Below, piece after piece: positions 62,504 to 64,000 of a stretch of 64,000 bases of DNA. Source of the stretch: an uncultured Acidobacteriota bacterium (GTDB lineage Bacteria; Acidobacteriota; Terriglobia; UBA7540); NCBI GenBank assembly GCA_963804995.1, contig CAWDSK010000003.1, positions 1,664,001 to 1,728,000 of the forward strand, in the 5' to 3' direction. How positions within the stretch are numbered: the first letter of the stretch is position 1; each line of letters starts with the position of its first letter. The position numbers and the translations under genes are program-made. The notes beneath the pieces are model-generated. The model ran no database searches and was not told the origin of the DNA. It saw only the letters and a program-made list of their open reading frames with translations.

Positions 62504-63176
62504 AAGCAGGAGTTTGCAGCTCTCGCAGCTTTGCTCAAGATAGCCTTCATTGACGACCCCGTTGAGGTCACCCACGGAGTGATGCTCATTCTCAACTGCC
62601 AAGGTCCTGGGCCGCTGATCGGTGGGCAGACTTTTCTTCAGGGTGAACTTGGCGTATTCGCTTCCAGTCCGCGGGCCTACCAGCAGAGCGCCATGCACTG
62701 CTTTCTTTTGCAGGACAAGATTCAAAGCCAGTTGCCGGGTTCCGCGCGGTTGAGGTGTACCCAGAAGTGCCTTCGCCCTGCCAAGAGCAACCCTGAACAT
62801 GAGCCTTCCACCCTCATGGACGAGTCTGTCTACAACGCTGAGAGCCAGGTTCGACAGACGATTCATCTTCGACCTCGATTGGGGATGAGGTGTGGAAATC
62901 TGCGCTGCTTGAGAAGCCGGCTTGAATACCAAATAAGCGACAATTTGCGCCTTTTCGCTCACCCCTCGTTAGTGCTCCCTCCTCTCCCAAGGCGGCAACA
63001 TCAGCCGAGCGCACGATGGCCACTGAGGTGCTTTAAATGGTGCTGTGAGTGTAAAGCACCAGCATTAGTATCCTGCCGCGCAAACATCCTTCGCCATATG
63101 AGCAAGCTCGGAGAGAGAGTCCCTTTCCAAGGGCGCAATACGCAGACTTCCCTAACAAGAGACTGAAGGCGCGACC

Positions 63177-63809
63177 ATGGTAGGACAATTAGGCAAACGG
63201 GTCTTGTTAATAGACGACGATCCTCTTATCCGAAAGCTCATCTCGGGATACTTGGTGGCTGCGGGGTATGTCGTTCGAACGGCGGTTGACGGTCTGGATG
63301 CACTCGGAAAACTCCGCGCTGGACTCCCGGACTTAATTATTTCCGACCTTAACATGCCCCGCATGTCAGGGTTTAAGTTTCTTGACATAGTGCGCAAACG
63401 TTTCCCGCAAATACCCGTCATTGTCATCAGTGCCATCGCCGCTGATGGAATGCCAAAAGAAGTGACCGCCGACGCTTATTACCACAAGAATGGATTCGGA
63501 TTTGAGCCGCTCCTGCAAACCATCTCGGACCTGACCAGAAAACCTCCTCTGCGAATTGCCCGCCCACACATTGACAACAACCCAGTCCAGGCAAGATGGG
63601 ATGGGGACGGGCACTACATCATCGGTTGCGACGACTGCTTGCGCGCATTCAGTGTTCCCCGGGCCCCTAACGTAGGGCGAGATGAAAAGTGGACTGTCCA
63701 TGGCTCTATTTCCCCGAATCCTTTGTTTGCTCTTGTATATCATCCCAAGATCAACTCGTTTGTCTACCGAACCGAGAAACAGGTACCCTATCGAAGCTGG
63801 ACCGGGTGA
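63177..63809 (+). CDS. Response regulator receiver protein with C-terminal CxxC
   Basis: VLLIDDD, PDLIISDLNMPRMSG, IPVIVISA, YHK, CDDCLR. Confidence 0.85.
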   Translation: MVGQLGKRVLLIDDDPLIRKLISGYLVAAGYVVRTAVDGLDALGKLRAGLPDLIISDLNMPRMSGFKFLDIVRKRFPQIPVIVISAIAADGMPKEVTADAYYHKNGFGFEPLLQTISDLTRKPPLRIARPHIDNNPVQARWDGDGHYIIGCDDCLRAFSVPRAPNVGRDEKWTVHGSISPNPLFALVYHPKINSFVYRTEKQVPYRSWTG

Positions 63810-64000
63810 CCTCGATCCTGCCCAGGCAGGGGCCGACGCGGTCGTTGCGGGGGTTGGGGCCACTGATTCGCGGATCAGCGGTCGCCCGCTTCTCTGCCAT
63901 GTGTTTTCTTTCAGCTTCACCGAGGCCAGGGAGGAACTGTGTGCTAATTGTGTGCAGGATACTCGCTACCAATAATCTCGTTCCATTGAACTTCTCTGAA

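Noticed and set aside
62138..63166. ORFs 62138-62962 (-) and 62531-63166 (+)
   Set aside because: They overlap each other with no recognisable motif or RBS. There may be a gene remnant here but I cannot support a call.

Overview
GC-rich bacterial chromosomal window, most likely Acidobacteriota (inferred from acidobacterial ADOP permeases with PadR, a DUF507 pair, the style of the minor pilins and many Tat-exported enzymes). Left to right: (1) housekeeping genes (SDR, glutaredoxin-like, BshB1, DedA, M48 peptidase, 2x DUF507, tRNA-Val and tRNA-Asp); (2) three type II toxin-antitoxin pairs among sugar and sugar-acid genes; (3) two tandem, strongly diverged type IV minor-pilin operons (fimT-pilV-pilW-pilX-like), each behind a ~93% identical 205-bp promoter/leader; (4) a Tat-rich glycoside hydrolase/esterase block; (5) two ADOP permease genes with near-identical ends but diverged middles, each preceded by a padR 3'-end remnant and a REPIN; (6) uronate isomerase and tRNA-Ser; (7) on the 5' side of tRNA-Ser, a truncated tyrosine integrase fused head-to-head to a truncated yeiH, then a DUF2892/RND/TolC/OsmC operon with an ECF sigma and zf-HC2 anti-sigma, and a candidate Sec-containing FmdB protein. 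Intergenic DNA holds at least six REP/REPIN families, heptamer tandem repeats and two IS1-like MITEs with 8-bp target duplications that carry REP hairpins. Several genes have single-base frameshifts that may be consensus errors. All calls come from reading motifs by eye; no database searches were run.
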